From contig CAVZQC010000004.1 in the NCBI GenBank assembly GCA_963777315.1, positions 480,001-544,000 on the forward strand: a stretch of DNA of 64,000 nucleotides, given 5' to 3'. How positions within the stretch are numbered: position 1 is the first letter of the stretch; the number at the start of each line of letters is the position of its first letter. Source of the stretch: Vulcanimicrobiota bacterium (GTDB taxonomy: Bacteria; Vulcanimicrobiota; Vulcanimicrobiia; Vulcanimicrobiales; Vulcanimicrobiaceae). The notes under the pieces were generated by a model. The model was not told the DNA's origin. It saw nothing but the letters and a program-made list of their open reading frames with translations, and searched no databases. A program made the position numbers and the translations under genes. Positions 20,905 to 31,252 of this stretch are shown here, in pieces.

Positions 20905-22314
20905 AACGGCGCTCCGCTCCGGCTCAATGCAACACGTACGACGTCACGCGCAATCGGTGCCGCCACCGCCGCGCCGTATCCGGCGTTCTCAACGATGACG
21001 GCCACGGCGATTCGAGGATTTGCCGCCGGAGCAAAGCACACGAACCACGAGTGCGGCCCTCCGAACGGATTCGTCGCCGTACCGGTTTTGCCGGCGATGC
21101 TCACGTCGGCAAGGCGTGCCGACGTGCCGGTACCGCGCTGTACGACCGCGATCATCATGTTCTTCACTTGCTCGGCGGTCTCCGCCGAAATCGGCGCGGC
21201 GAGCTCGCTCGCAGCGTACGTGCTCGCCAAACCGCCGGGCGGACGCACTTCGCGTACGAGGTACGGCCGCGGCTCGATTCCGCCTTGCGCGATGGTCGCC
21301 GCCACCAGCGCCATGCGCAGCGGCGTGACTAAAAGGGCCCCTTGTCCGAATCCCATTTGCGCAAGTTCGCCCGGCACCACGGAGGCCGCCGGCGGAACGC
21401 GGTCGCGCGAAGCGGGCAGTTGGAAATCGAGCGATTGTCCTATTCCCCACCGTTGAATATACCGGTAAAACGTATCGACGCCCATCTTCAACGCAATTTG
21501 ACCGAAATCCACGTTGCTCGACAGCGCGAACGCGCCCGTCAGGTCCTGCGTTCCGGTTGCTTCACCCTCGTCGTCGTGCAGGGTGAAGTCGCCGATGGTG
21601 TAGTAGCCGGGATCGAAGAAGGTCGACTGCATCGTGACCGCGCCGCTGTCCAGCGCCGCCGACGCGGTGAATATCTTGAACGTCGAGCCCGGGGGATAAA
21701 GGCCGTTGATGGCGCGATCGAGCAGCGGGCTGGACTGATCGCGCACCAGCGACGGAAATTGCGCAGCTGAAAGCGTTGGGGTCGAAGCTGGGTACGCTGG
21801 CCAGCGCGAGCACCGCGCCCGTGCGCGGATCGATCGCCACGCCTGCCGCGCGCGAATGCTGCGCGAGCAAGGCGTAGAGCTCGTTTTGCACCGCCGGCTC
21901 GATCGTCGTGATGACGTCCGCGCCGCGCGATATCGTTTGCTTCGACTGCAGCGCCTGCACGATTTCGCCGATTTGCGCTACGGGATCGCCGGTGCTTTCG
22001 GGCGGCGTAAGTGCTCGATCGTACGCGTCTTCCAGACCGCTGGTACCGTAGCGAACGGAGACGTAACCCACGGTGTGGGCCAGCGACGGACCGGTCGGAT
22101 ACGTGCGCGCGTCGCCGATGGTTTGCGCGAGCACGGTGCCGTCCGAGGCCAGTATTCTTCCACGATGCGCCGCCGAGAGCGCGTGGCGCGGATTGTACGG
22201 GTTGGAAGCGATCGACGCGGCCGCCACGATCTGCACGTACGCTTGGCGCGCGATCAGCACCGCAAACAGCACGGCGAACACGGCGCCCAAACGCGCCGGC
22301 GTGTTATCGGTCAT
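20901..22314 (-). CDS. Class B penicillin-binding protein (PbpA type); +1 frameshift at ~21769, probably a sequencing error
   Basis: RGRILASDG, GAVLALASVPSFDPN, YPPGSTFK, SSN, KTGT motifs across two ORFs. Confidence 0.88.
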
Positions 22315-22330
22315 GCGGCTCGGGCGTGCG

Positions 22331-23059
22331 TCATCGTTCGCGCAGCAGCGAATAACCGTCGGCGGTTCGCACCGCCATGTGCGCTCGTGCGGGATCTTCG
22401 CTCAACACGACGTTCATCGCTCGCTGGGCCGCGGCGTCCGCAATTCCGGCTACCGCCAGCACCACGTCGGCTCCCACCTCTTCGAGCAGCGGCGGAGTGA
22501 CGTACGCGGGCGCGGGGACGGTTTCGAAATGCCGCGCTTCGTATGGACCGGTATGCCAGGGCCCGCGCTTGCCGAACACCAGACGATGGTAATCCCACGC
22601 GCACAACCGCCGATCGTTCCAGTTAAAATGATCGGCAACGCACAGACGCCGGCACATCTGGCACTGCGCGAGCAGCTCGGGCGGACGCGAAAGCGCATCG
22701 GAAACATCTTCGGGCACGTCTTCGATGTTGAGCACGCCGGAATCGTCCAATTGCGCCGGCGGTTCGACCCGCCAGTTGATGCGGGCGAGCAATTCGATGT
22801 CTCGCACCGGGGCGATGAACGCGCGCTCGTCGTCGGGCGGAAACGTTGCATCGATCCAGTCGAGCAACTCGCCCGGCGCCACGTTGACGTCTTGCCAGGT
22901 CTGCGCGAGCACGGCACCGATCGGCGTGTGCGCGATGGGAACCAAGTGCGCCGTCACGGTGTCGCTTTCGGCGCTCAGTCCGGTGACGAATGCAAGCGTA
23001 TTGGCGTTTCCGCCTAGAATGAACGCGCGCGGCGCGCCTAAATCCTGGCTTGAACGCAC
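22331..23059 (-). CDS. Hypothetical protein with Cys cluster (CQMCRRLC...CAWDYH)
   Basis: ORF fills the carB-pbpA gap; GTG start overlaps the carB end; start uncertain. Confidence 0.7.
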   Translation of the reverse strand: MRSSQDLGAPRAFILGGNANTLAFVTGLSAESDTVTAHLVPIAHTPIGAVLAQTWQDVNVAPGELLDWIDATFPPDDERAFIAPVRDIELLARINWRVEPPAQLDDSGVLNIEDVPEDVSDALSRPPELLAQCQMCRRLCVADHFNWNDRRLCAWDYHRLVFGKRGPWHTGPYEARHFETVPAPAYVTPPLLEEVGADVVLAVAGIADAAAQRAMNVVLSEDPARAHMAVRTADGYSLLRER

Positions 23060-26000
23060 CGGTACTCTTGGAGCGTCCGCGGCGGCCCGGCCGTGACCTC
23101 GAGCGCTTCCGCCAGGGCGCCCGCCGTGTCCAGACTGGTCAAACACGCGATATTCGCTTCGACCGCGGCCCGGCGAATCTTGTAGTTGTCGGAAATCTCG
23201 CGTGCTCCCACCGCGTCGTTTATCACCAAATCGACGTCGCGCCGATGGATGACGTCTAAAACATGCGGCGAACCGTCGGAGATTTTGTTGATTTGCGCGC
23301 TCGGTATGCCCGCGGCCTCCAGGTACTCGCGCGTTCCGGGCGTTGCGATCAGACGGTGTCCGAGCGCGACGTACCGGCGCAGAAGCGCAATCGACTCCTG
23401 CTTCTCTTCATCCGCGATCGAGACCAGAATCGTGCCGCCTTGGCTGGGCAGACGCACCCCCGCCGCAACGAACCCTTTGCGCAGCGCGCCTCCGAACGTC
23501 CGATCGATTCCGAGTACTTCGCCGGTGGACTTCATCTCCGGTCCTAAAATCGTTTCCACACCGCGCATCTTGGCGAACGAAAAGACGGGGACTTTCACCA
23601 CGACGAACGGCGCGCGCGGCGACAGTCCGGTTCCGTACTCCATTTCGGCAAGGCGTTCACCCAGCGCGATCCGCGTGGCCGCCGCCACCAGATTTACGCC
23701 GGTCGCCTTTTGTATGATCGGAACGGTCCGGCTGGCGCGCGGGTTGGCTTCGATGATATAGAGGGCGTCCCGGTGGATGACGAACTGAATGTTGATGAGC
23801 CCGCGTATGTTCAGCTCGCGCGCAATTGCCGCCGTGACCTCGACGATCCGTTCTTCCATCGGTGCGGAAACGGTCTGCGTCGGATAGACGCTGATGGAAT
23901 CGCCGGAATGGATGCCGGCGCGTTCCACGTGTTCGAATATGCCGGGAATCAGGATGTCGCGGCCGTCGAACGCAGCGTCGACTTCAACTTCCAAGCCGCG
24001 CAGATACCTGTCCACCAGCAGCGGCGCGTCGGGCAGAATGGGCGGCGCGGACTCGGCGTATGATGCGAGCTGGCCTTCGTTGTAGACCACTTCCATTCCA
24101 CGGCCGCCCAGCACGTACGACGGCCGCACCAGCACCGGAAAGCCGAGCTCGCGCGCTATCGCGCGCGCTTCGCGAAAGGAACGCGCAGCCTTTCCTTGCG
24201 GGCGCGCGACGCCAAGGCGCGCAAGCGCAGCATCGAATTGCTCCCGATCTTCGGCCATGTCCACGCTGGCACGATCGCTTCCGATGATGTGCACGCCGCG
24301 GCGCGCCAGCTCGTCGGCTAAATTGATCGCGGTCTGGCCTCCGAAGGCAAGCATGACTCCGCGCGCTCGCGTCGACAAATACGCGGCCTGCACTTCGTCG
24401 GCGACGGGCGGTTCGAAGATCAGCGCGTCGGAAATATCGAAGTCGGTCGAAACCGTTTCGGGATTGTTGTTGACCACGACCGGCGAGCAGCCGGCACGGC
24501 GCAGCGCCCAGGCGGCATGAACGCACGAATAATCGAACTCTATGCCTTGTCCGATTCGAATCGGACCGCTGCCCACGACCACAACCGCATCGCGAGCGGT
24601 CGCCCGCATCTCATCGGATTCTCCACGGGAGATGTAATAATATGGCGACTTGGCGGGAAATTCGGCGGCTGCCGTGTCCACCATGCGGAATGCCGCTGCG
24701 TCGCTGCGCGCGCCGTTACTCGCGTTGTCGTCGCGCACGCGCGCCAGCGCGAAGGCGCTGGAATAGCCGCGCTGCAGTGCCGCCGCAGCGTCGGCGCGCG
24801 TAGGCGACGCGCGCAGCGTTTGTTCCAGCACCACCAGTTCGCGCAGTTCGTACAGCCAAAAGTTGTCGATGGCCGACGCCTGCGCGATCCGTTCCAACGC
24901 CTGTTCGTCGCGGCCGTGCGCCAGAGCGCGCCGCAAGGTTTCCGCAACGGCAAAAAGCCGCTCGTGGCTGGGCCTGCGGATGACGTTTTCCAGTTCGGCG
25001 TCGCTCCACTGCGCGAGCGGCGTGCCGGTGAGCGTTTCCCGCCGCAGGTCCAATCCGCGAACCGCTTTCATCAGTGCCGCTTGAAACGTGCGGCCGATTC
25101 CCATGGCTTCGCCGGTCGATTTCATCTGCGTTCCCAGAGACGTGTCCGCTAAAGGAAATTTATCAAACGGCCAGCGCGGAATCTTGACGACGACGTAGTC
25201 CAGCGCCGGCTCGTACGCCGCCTTGGTCACTCCGGTAACGGGGTTGGGAATTTCGTCGAGCGTCTGGCCCAGGGCGATGCGGGTGCTGATTTTCGCGATG
25301 GGATATCCGGTGGCTTTGCTGGCCAGCGCGGAACTGCGCGAAACGCGCGGATTCACTTCGATGATGCGATACTCGCTGCGCTGAGGATGAAGCGCGAACT
25401 GGATGTTGCACCCGCCTTGCACGTTGAGCGCGCGAATCACCTTCAGGCTGGACGTGCGCAGCATTTGGTAATCGAGATCCGACAGCGTCTGCGAAGGAGC
25501 AACGACGATCGAGTCGCCGGTGTGAACGCCGACCGGGTCCAGGTTCTCCATGTTGCACACGATGATGCACGTGTTTGCGCGGTCGCGCAGAACCTCGTAT
25601 TCGATTTCCTTCCATCCCAGCAGCGACGTCTCGAGCAACGCTTGGTGAATCAAGCTCGCCGACAGTCCGCTTTCGAGCGTCTCGATCAGCTCGCGCTCGT
25701 CGCGCACCACGCCGCCGCCCGTCCCGCCCAGCGTGTATGCAGGACGTACGACGAGCGGATACCCGTGCACGCGCGCGAATGCGACGCCTTGGTCGGGGTG
25801 CGTGACGATCGCGCTTTCGGCCACCGGCTCGCCGATCTCGATCATCTTGGCCTTGAAGAGCTGCCGATCTTCGGCGAGTTTAATCGTTTCGACCGGCGTC
25901 CCCAACAGCTCGACGCCGAATCGTTCGAGCACTCCGGCATCGTGCAGTTCCACGGCCAGGTTGAGCGCGGTTTGTCCGCCCAGAGTGGGCAGGAGCGCAT

Positions 26001-26238
26001 CGGGACGCTCGCGTTCGATGATGCCGACGATCGAAGCGGGCGCGAGCGGTTCCAAATACACCGCGTCGGCGATCTCCGGATCGGTCATAATCGTGGCCGG
26101 ATTGGAGTTGACGAGGACCACGCGATGCCCCTCGTCGCGCAGAGCTCTGCACGCTTGCACGCCGGCGTAATCGAACTCCGCGGCCTGGCCGATGACGATC
26201 GGTCCGGAGCCGATGACGAGAACGTTGCGCTGGGGCAT
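23038..26238 (-). CDS. carB: Carbamoyl-phosphate synthase large subunit
   Basis: GSGPIVIGQAAEFDY, NSNPATIMTD, duplicated ATP-grasp domains, MGS domain; 1066 aa. Confidence 0.98.
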   Translation of the reverse strand: MPQRNVLVIGSGPIVIGQAAEFDYAGVQACRALRDEGHRVVLVNSNPATIMTDPEIADAVYLEPLAPASIVGIIERERPDALLPTLGGQTALNLAVELHDAGVLERFGVELLGTPVETIKLAEDRQLFKAKMIEIGEPVAESAIVTHPDQGVAFARVHGYPLVVRPAYTLGGTGGGVVRDERELIETLESGLSASLIHQALLETSLLGWKEIEYEVLRDRANTCIIVCNMENLDPVGVHTGDSIVVAPSQTLSDLDYQMLRTSSLKVIRALNVQGGCNIQFALHPQRSEYRIIEVNPRVSRSSALASKATGYPIAKISTRIALGQTLDEIPNPVTGVTKAAYEPALDYVVVKIPRWPFDKFPLADTSLGTQMKSTGEAMGIGRTFQAALMKAVRGLDLRRETLTGTPLAQWSDAELENVIRRPSHERLFAVAETLRRALAHGRDEQALERIAQASAIDNFWLYELRELVVLEQTLRASPTRADAAAALQRGYSSAFALARVRDDNASNGARSDAAAFRMVDTAAAEFPAKSPYYYISRGESDEMRATARDAVVVVGSGPIRIGQGIEFDYSCVHAAWALRRAGCSPVVVNNNPETVSTDFDISDALIFEPPVADEVQAAYLSTRARGVMLAFGGQTAINLADELARRGVHIIGSDRASVDMAEDREQFDAALARLGVARPQGKAARSFREARAIARELGFPVLVRPSYVLGGRGMEVVYNEGQLASYAESAPPILPDAPLLVDRYLRGLEVEVDAAFDGRDILIPGIFEHVERAGIHSGDSISVYPTQTVSAPMEERIVEVTAAIARELNIRGLINIQFVIHRDALYIIEANPRASRTVPIIQKATGVNLVAAATRIALGERLAEMEYGTGLSPRAPFVVVKVPVFSFAKMRGVETILGPEMKSTGEVLGIDRTFGGALRKGFVAAGVRLPSQGGTILVSIADEEKQESIALLRRYVALGHRLIATPGTREYLEAAGIPSAQINKISDGSPHVLDVIHRRDVDLVINDAVGAREISDNYKIRRAAVEANIACLTSLDTAGALAEALEVTAGPPRTLQEYRCVQARI

Positions 26239-26291
26239 GTCGTAAGGCCCGTGGTTAGCCGGGAGCGGTCAAACCCCTGGCCTGTAAGCCG

Positions 26292-27185
26292 TCAAGCCGA
26301 AGCGGCTTCGATTAGCCGGCGAAGCGTTGCGGGAGGTTCGATTCCCTCGGCTTCATTCAGGCGCTGTGCGTACAGGCGGAATTCCATCAGCGCCGACGCC
26401 CGATCGCCAAGCGCCAAAAAAGCACGCAACGTCAGCTCGCTCGCGGCTTCGTCCAGTGCGTTGAGCGCAGTGAGCCGGCGCGCCACGTCCAGCGCGAGAG
26501 CGGTGTTGCGCGCGTGCAGCGCGCGCTGGCCGACGTACAGTCCGATCTCGCGCGCCGCCCGCTGCAAGAACTGCTCGGTCGGTGCAAACCACTGCCAGTC
26601 GGCGAATATCGCGGGCCGCCCTTTGACGAGCTCTTCGAACATGTCCGCGAGCCGGTTCTCCAACGCTTTTGGAATGGTGCGCGCGCGAACCGCGCGAAGC
26701 GTCTGCGGCAAAAACCGAATGTCCACGATCACGTCCTGCGCCAAACGGTATCCGCGCTGCGTCGTCTCGATGAACTCCGGTCCCGTCAGCTGCGCGCGCG
26801 CACGGTGCACCGCCATCTTGAGCGCATTATACGCTTGATCGCCGGGAGTTTGCGGATACAGCCGCGCGCACAGCGTTTCAGTGGAAACTTCGTGCGGCTC
26901 GACGGCAAGCGCGACCAGCAGCGCAAGCGTTATGCCGCGCGGATGCACCTGCACCCCTCGCTGATACACCGTGCCGGTCGCGACGTTGACCTGAATGCCT
27001 CCCGCCGGCTGCGCTCCGGCATCGCGCCGCTCGACGTCGAATTCGATCGCGGCGGCAATCGCTTCGCGTGCCGCTTGCAGCGCTCGTTCTTCGGTAGAAC
27101 CGTACGCATGGATGGACGGGATCGCCGGCACTCGAACGTTGAAACCTCCGGCTTGCGCCGGCTGAACGACGATTTGATACCTCAC
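26292..27185 (-). CDS. Transcriptional regulator: HicB-like N-terminal domain + OmpR-type winged HTH + BTAD (SARP-like)
   Basis: YQIVV..GGFNVRVPAIP..GSTEERALQAAREAI (HicB-like); LLVALA..LCARLYP..LKMAVHRAR..IETTQRGYRL (wHTH); LNALDE..LGDRASAL..EGIEPP (BTAD). Confidence 0.8.
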   Translation of the reverse strand: MRYQIVVQPAQAGGFNVRVPAIPSIHAYGSTEERALQAAREAIAAAIEFDVERRDAGAQPAGGIQVNVATGTVYQRGVQVHPRGITLALLVALAVEPHEVSTETLCARLYPQTPGDQAYNALKMAVHRARAQLTGPEFIETTQRGYRLAQDVIVDIRFLPQTLRAVRARTIPKALENRLADMFEELVKGRPAIFADWQWFAPTEQFLQRAAREIGLYVGQRALHARNTALALDVARRLTALNALDEAASELTLRAFLALGDRASALMEFRLYAQRLNEAEGIEPPATLRRLIEAASA

Positions 27186-27824
27186 GGCTGCAGCCGGTGA
27201 ACGATCCAAGCGCCGTCCCTGCGCACGAACTCCAGCCGGTCGTGCATGCGGTTGGGACGCCCCTGCCAAAACTCGAACCGATGCGGCGCTATCACGTAGC
27301 CGCCCCAGGAATGCGGACGCGGCACCCGTTCGCCCGCAAAACGCTCGGCATAGTCGATTACGCGCCGGTCGAGCGTTTCGCGGTCATCGACGATCTCGCT
27401 CTGCTCGGAAGCCCACGCGCCGATTTGATGTCCCGGCGGGCGCGTTGCAAAGTAGACATCCGATTCATCCTCGGGCAGCCGATCGGCACGGCCTTCCACG
27501 CGCACTTGCCGCTCGAGCTGCGCCCAATAGAACACCGCCGCTGCAGCGGGATTGGCCGCCAGTTCGCGCCCCTTGCGGCTAAAATAACTCGTAAAGAACA
27601 CCAAGCCGCGTTCGTCCAGCCCGCGCAGCAGCACGATTCGCGCACTGGGCTTGCCGTCGATCGCGGTACACACGCACATCGCGTTCGCCTCGAGCAGCGC
27701 AGCTTCGTGCGCCTGCGCCAGCCAGCGCTGCAGCTGCTCGACGGGATCCGGCAAGATCGTCGCTTCACGCAACTCCGAACGCTCGTAGCTGCGTCTGACG
27801 GCAGCTGAGATCGACTTTGTCCAT
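27182..27824 (-). CDS. pdxH: Pyridoxamine 5'-phosphate oxidase; +1 frameshift at ~27807 near the N-terminus
   Basis: PSARIVLL, SRKGREL, LERQVRVEG, SQIGAWAS-like HQIGAWASEQS, EFWQGRPNRMHDR, RLQP; corrected start MDKVDLAAVRRSY. Confidence 0.92.
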
Positions 27825-28714
27825 AGCAACGTCAACACCATCAAAACGGCTCCGGCCGCGGCAGTCTCGAGCGATACGTCCAGCAGTCCTCGCCGCCAGG
27901 ATGTTGTTCGGCCAAGCCGCGCGAGCGCCTCGTGCAATTGCGTTGCATCGCCGGCGCGGCTGTACGCGCCGCCGGTGGCCAGCGCGTACGAGCGCAGCGC
28001 GTCCTCGTCGATGCCCGCGGGCTGAAGCGTGCCCGGAATCAGCGCGCCGCCGTTCGTTCCGATGCCGACCGTAAACAGCGTGATGCGCCGGCTCGCGAGT
28101 TGCTTGGCCGCCTGCATGGGATCGCTGCCGCGATTGTCTTCTCCGTCCGTGATCAGCACCACGACGCGGTGTCCGGTTGATGGGAGCATGCGCCGTGCGA
28201 GCACGAGCGCGTCACCGATCGCCGTAGCACCGTTCGGCGCGGGGATCTCGTCCAGGGCCGCTCGAACGCGATCGCGATCGCGATCCGGCGCTGCGATCTC
28301 TTGCGCCTGTCCTGCAAATGACACGATGCCGACGGCAGTCCCCGCGGGCGCACCATCGATAAACGCGCGCATGGCCGCAAGTGCCGCCGCCGCGCGCGAC
28401 GGCCGCACGTCGCCGGCCGCCATCGAACCCGACGTGTCGACGCACAGCACGACCGCGCCGCCGCGAACCGGAACCGCGGCATGGACTCGCGGGCCTGCAA
28501 ACGCCAGTGCGACAAGCGCCACGGCGCAAATCCACGCCGCGGCTACCAGCGCATGCGGCCACGCTCGCGGTCTCGCACCTTCGACGAAAAACGCCAGGTT
28601 GGAATACCGCAACGCGGTTCGCGTCGCGCGCCGTTGCGCAAAGACGTACGAGGCGCCGAACGCCGCGGCGATCAGCACGGCGAATACGATCGCTTGCGGA
28701 TGCGCGAAGGTCAT
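27805..28714 (-). CDS. vWA-domain membrane protein (BatA-like)
   Basis: MTFAHP, MIDAS motif DTSGSM, TAIGDAL, LITDGE; removing 1 nt at 27807 restores a TAG stop (..WTKSI*). Confidence 0.85.
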
Positions 28715-29487
28715 TGCAGTCCGAAGGCCGCCACAAGCGCGGCGCCTCCGTGGTCTTCGTCGAACGTTCCCGTGCGCCAGTTCGCGAGCGTCAGCTGCTC
28801 GACCAGCGCGGCATGCCGCATGCGCACCGCGCGGTGGTATCGTTCACGCTCGGCGCGGCCCAGGAACACCGTCGCAGCTTTGCCGCTTTCGGCATCGCGC
28901 AGACGCACGAAACCCGAAAGCGGCATGTCGTCCTGCCACGGGTCCTGCGCGATCATGGCGGTGCAGTCGCAGCGAGCACCGAGCCGTGCCGGCAGTTCGT
29001 CGCGCTCGGTCAGCTCGAAAAAATCGCTTACCACGAGCAGCGCCGTTCCTCGCGGCAATGCGGCTAAGGCGACTTCGAGCGCACGCCGGAGCGAAAAAGC
29101 GGCGTTGCGGGGTGCCGCCCACGGCGGCACGACGTCGTCCGACACGACGCGGCTGCAGCGATCGCTCGACGAAGCGGCGCCGAACCACGACTCCGCAATC
29201 TCCTGCGCGCTCTGCGCCAGCGGGCGCGTGCGCCCGGCCAGCATCGACGCGGACGTGTCGAGCACGAGCGCGAGGGTGAGCGCAACGTCTTCGAGCATGA
29301 TGCGCGTCTGCAGCTGTCCGCTGCGCGCCGTAGCCGCCCAATCGATGCGGCGTATGTCGTCGCCCGGCAAGTACTCGCGCAGTTCCACGAACTCGTAACC
29401 GTCGCCGCGATGGAGCGTGGGCGATCCCGCTCCCGCATATCGCGGACGGCGGCGGCCCCGCAGCAGCGCCTCGCGCAGTGCATTCAC
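28711..29487 (-). CDS. DUF58 family protein (MoxR-associated)
   Basis: EFVELREYLPGDDIRRIDWAATAR, LDTSASM, VVSDF. Confidence 0.9.
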   Translation of the reverse strand: MNALREALLRGRRRPRYAGAGSPTLHRGDGYEFVELREYLPGDDIRRIDWAATARSGQLQTRIMLEDVALTLALVLDTSASMLAGRTRPLAQSAQEIAESWFGAASSSDRCSRVVSDDVVPPWAAPRNAAFSLRRALEVALAALPRGTALLVVSDFFELTERDELPARLGARCDCTAMIAQDPWQDDMPLSGFVRLRDAESGKAATVFLGRAERERYHRAVRMRHAALVEQLTLANWRTGTFDEDHGGAALVAAFGLQ

Positions 29488-30410
29488 GGCGCCGGAACCG
29501 CACCGGTGACGGCGGTGATGACGTCTTCGGGCTCTGCGCCGTCGACGCGCAAGCGGTGCGTGAAAACGATCCGATGCCGCAGCACCATCGGCGCTACGTT
29601 CCGAACGTCGTCGGGAAGCACGAAATCGCGCCCCGCCAGCAATGCGCGCGCACGCGACACGAATGCGAGCGCAAGCGAGGCGCGCGGACTGGCTCCGCTC
29701 TCGATATAGCGATGACCGGCGCGGCTGAGAGCGACGATGTCGACGATGTATCGTTTGATCTTGGGATCGAGATGCACCGCGCGCGCCCGTTCGCGCCAAA
29801 TGCCCACATCCTGCAAGGAGGCTGCGCCGCGCACGGGTTCCGTGCGCTCGACGGCGAAGCGATCCAGAATGGCGAGCTCTTCGTCCGCCGACGGGTACGG
29901 CACGCGCACTTTGAGTAAAAAGCGATCGAGCTGCGCTGCAGGCAACGCATACGTGCCGTCGGCGTCGATGGGATTCATCGTCGCCAGGACGATGAAAGGA
30001 TCCGGCAAAGCGTAGGTTTGCGGTCCGATCGTCACCTGACGTTCCTGCATCGATTCCAGCAAAGCCGACTGCACTTTGGCGGGAGCGCGATTGATCTCGT
30101 CGGCCAAGACGACGTTGGCGAAAACCGGACCCAGTACGGTGGCAAACGCCGCTTCGCGCTGGTCGAAGATACGCGTTCCCACGATATCGGCCGGAAGCAG
30201 ATCCGGCGTGAATTGAATGCGCTTGAACTCACCGTCCAGCGCCGCAGCCATAGCTCGGCACGCGAGCGTCTTGGCCAAGCCGGGCGGTCCCTCGAGCAGT
30301 ACGTGACCATCGGCGATCAATCCCATCACGAGAGACTCGACGACCTCGCGCTGTCCGACTATCGTGCGGGAAAGCGCATCGATCAGCGCTTGCGGTTGCG
30401 TTGCGCTCAC
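29484..30410 (-). CDS. MoxR-family AAA+ ATPase
   Basis: HVLLEGPPGLAKT, RIQFTPDLLPAD, DEINRAPAKVQSALLE, QLDRF, GASPRA. Confidence 0.95.
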   Translation of the reverse strand: MSATQPQALIDALSRTIVGQREVVESLVMGLIADGHVLLEGPPGLAKTLACRAMAAALDGEFKRIQFTPDLLPADIVGTRIFDQREAAFATVLGPVFANVVLADEINRAPAKVQSALLESMQERQVTIGPQTYALPDPFIVLATMNPIDADGTYALPAAQLDRFLLKVRVPYPSADEELAILDRFAVERTEPVRGAASLQDVGIWRERARAVHLDPKIKRYIVDIVALSRAGHRYIESGASPRASLALAFVSRARALLAGRDFVLPDDVRNVAPMVLRHRIVFTHRLRVDGAEPEDVITAVTGAVPAP

Positions 30411-31252
30411 TCGAACCTTTCATGGTGACGCGACAAAACGTCGTCCACTGCTGCGGACAGCCGCGGCTCGGGCATGAAGGCGGCTCGCTCCACTGCCCTG
30501 AGCAGCTCTTTCAGGCCCGCATCGGCGGCCTGCACGCTGCCGAGCACGTCGTCGAGCGTCTGACCCGGCGCGGCGCCGGCATCGCGCCACAGCGCGGATC
30601 GCAGGCGCATGATCGAGCTGCGATCGCGCCGGGCGCGCAGCTGCGCTATTGCCGAGCGCGTGTCGAACCCCGACGCGGCCTCATGCACGCGCGCAGGCGC
30701 AGCCGGCGGCCGGATGCCCGTCGATCGCGGCGCGGGCCGCGCCAGCAAAAGCACTGCGATTATTGCCGCCGCGGCTGCCAGAGCCCATGCTGCGGGCCGT
30801 AGCGAATCGTTCGAGAGCTGCAGCGCAGGGCCCGCCACGTTCAGATGCAGATCGTTTGAAACAAAGCGTTTGGGTTTGCCGTCGCGCGCGTCGATTGCAT
30901 CCAAGTATGCCGATCCGATGAGAACGGGCCCGTGCGCGTGCGCCACCAAGCGCAACGTTTCGCGATAGGTCGTACCGGCCCGGCCGCTGCTGGTCTGCCG
31001 CTCGTCGCCGATCTCTTCGGGGCCGAAGAATGCCGGCAGATAGACGTTGTCGATCGCGGACACGTTTTCGTCGACCCGAATCGTGAGCGTCACGTCGAAC
31101 GGCGCACCGATGCGCGGGCGCGCGGACGAGCTTTCGAGCGTAAAACTGCGCACGTGCAGGCGCTGCAGCTGTTCGGCCCGCACGGATCCTCCCGCGACGG
31201 CAACGAACGCTGCAATCGCTACGGCGATCCTAAGGATAAATCCGCCAGCCAC
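30407..31252 (-). CDS. Secreted/membrane protein with an Ig-like domain (BatD-like)
   Basis: Signal peptide, beta-rich domain (IGAPFDVTLTI...SNDLHLNV), TM helix, helical tail; first gene of the MoxR block. Confidence 0.6.
   Translation of the reverse strand: MAGGFILRIAVAIAAFVAVAGGSVRAEQLQRLHVRSFTLESSSARPRIGAPFDVTLTIRVDENVSAIDNVYLPAFFGPEEIGDERQTSSGRAGTTYRETLRLVAHAHGPVLIGSAYLDAIDARDGKPKRFVSNDLHLNVAGPALQLSNDSLRPAAWALAAAAAIIAVLLLARPAPRSTGIRPPAAPARVHEAASGFDTRSAIAQLRARRDRSSIMRLRSALWRDAGAAPGQTLDDVLGSVQAADAGLKELLRAVERAAFMPEPRLSAAVDDVLSRHHERFE

Noticed and set aside
27182..28714. Apparent 510-aa vWA-PdxH fusion protein
   Set aside because: Deleting one base at the AGCT site (27807) creates a TAG stop for the vWA gene and a normal PdxH start (MDKVDLAAVRRSY). 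It has the same signature as the other frameshifts.
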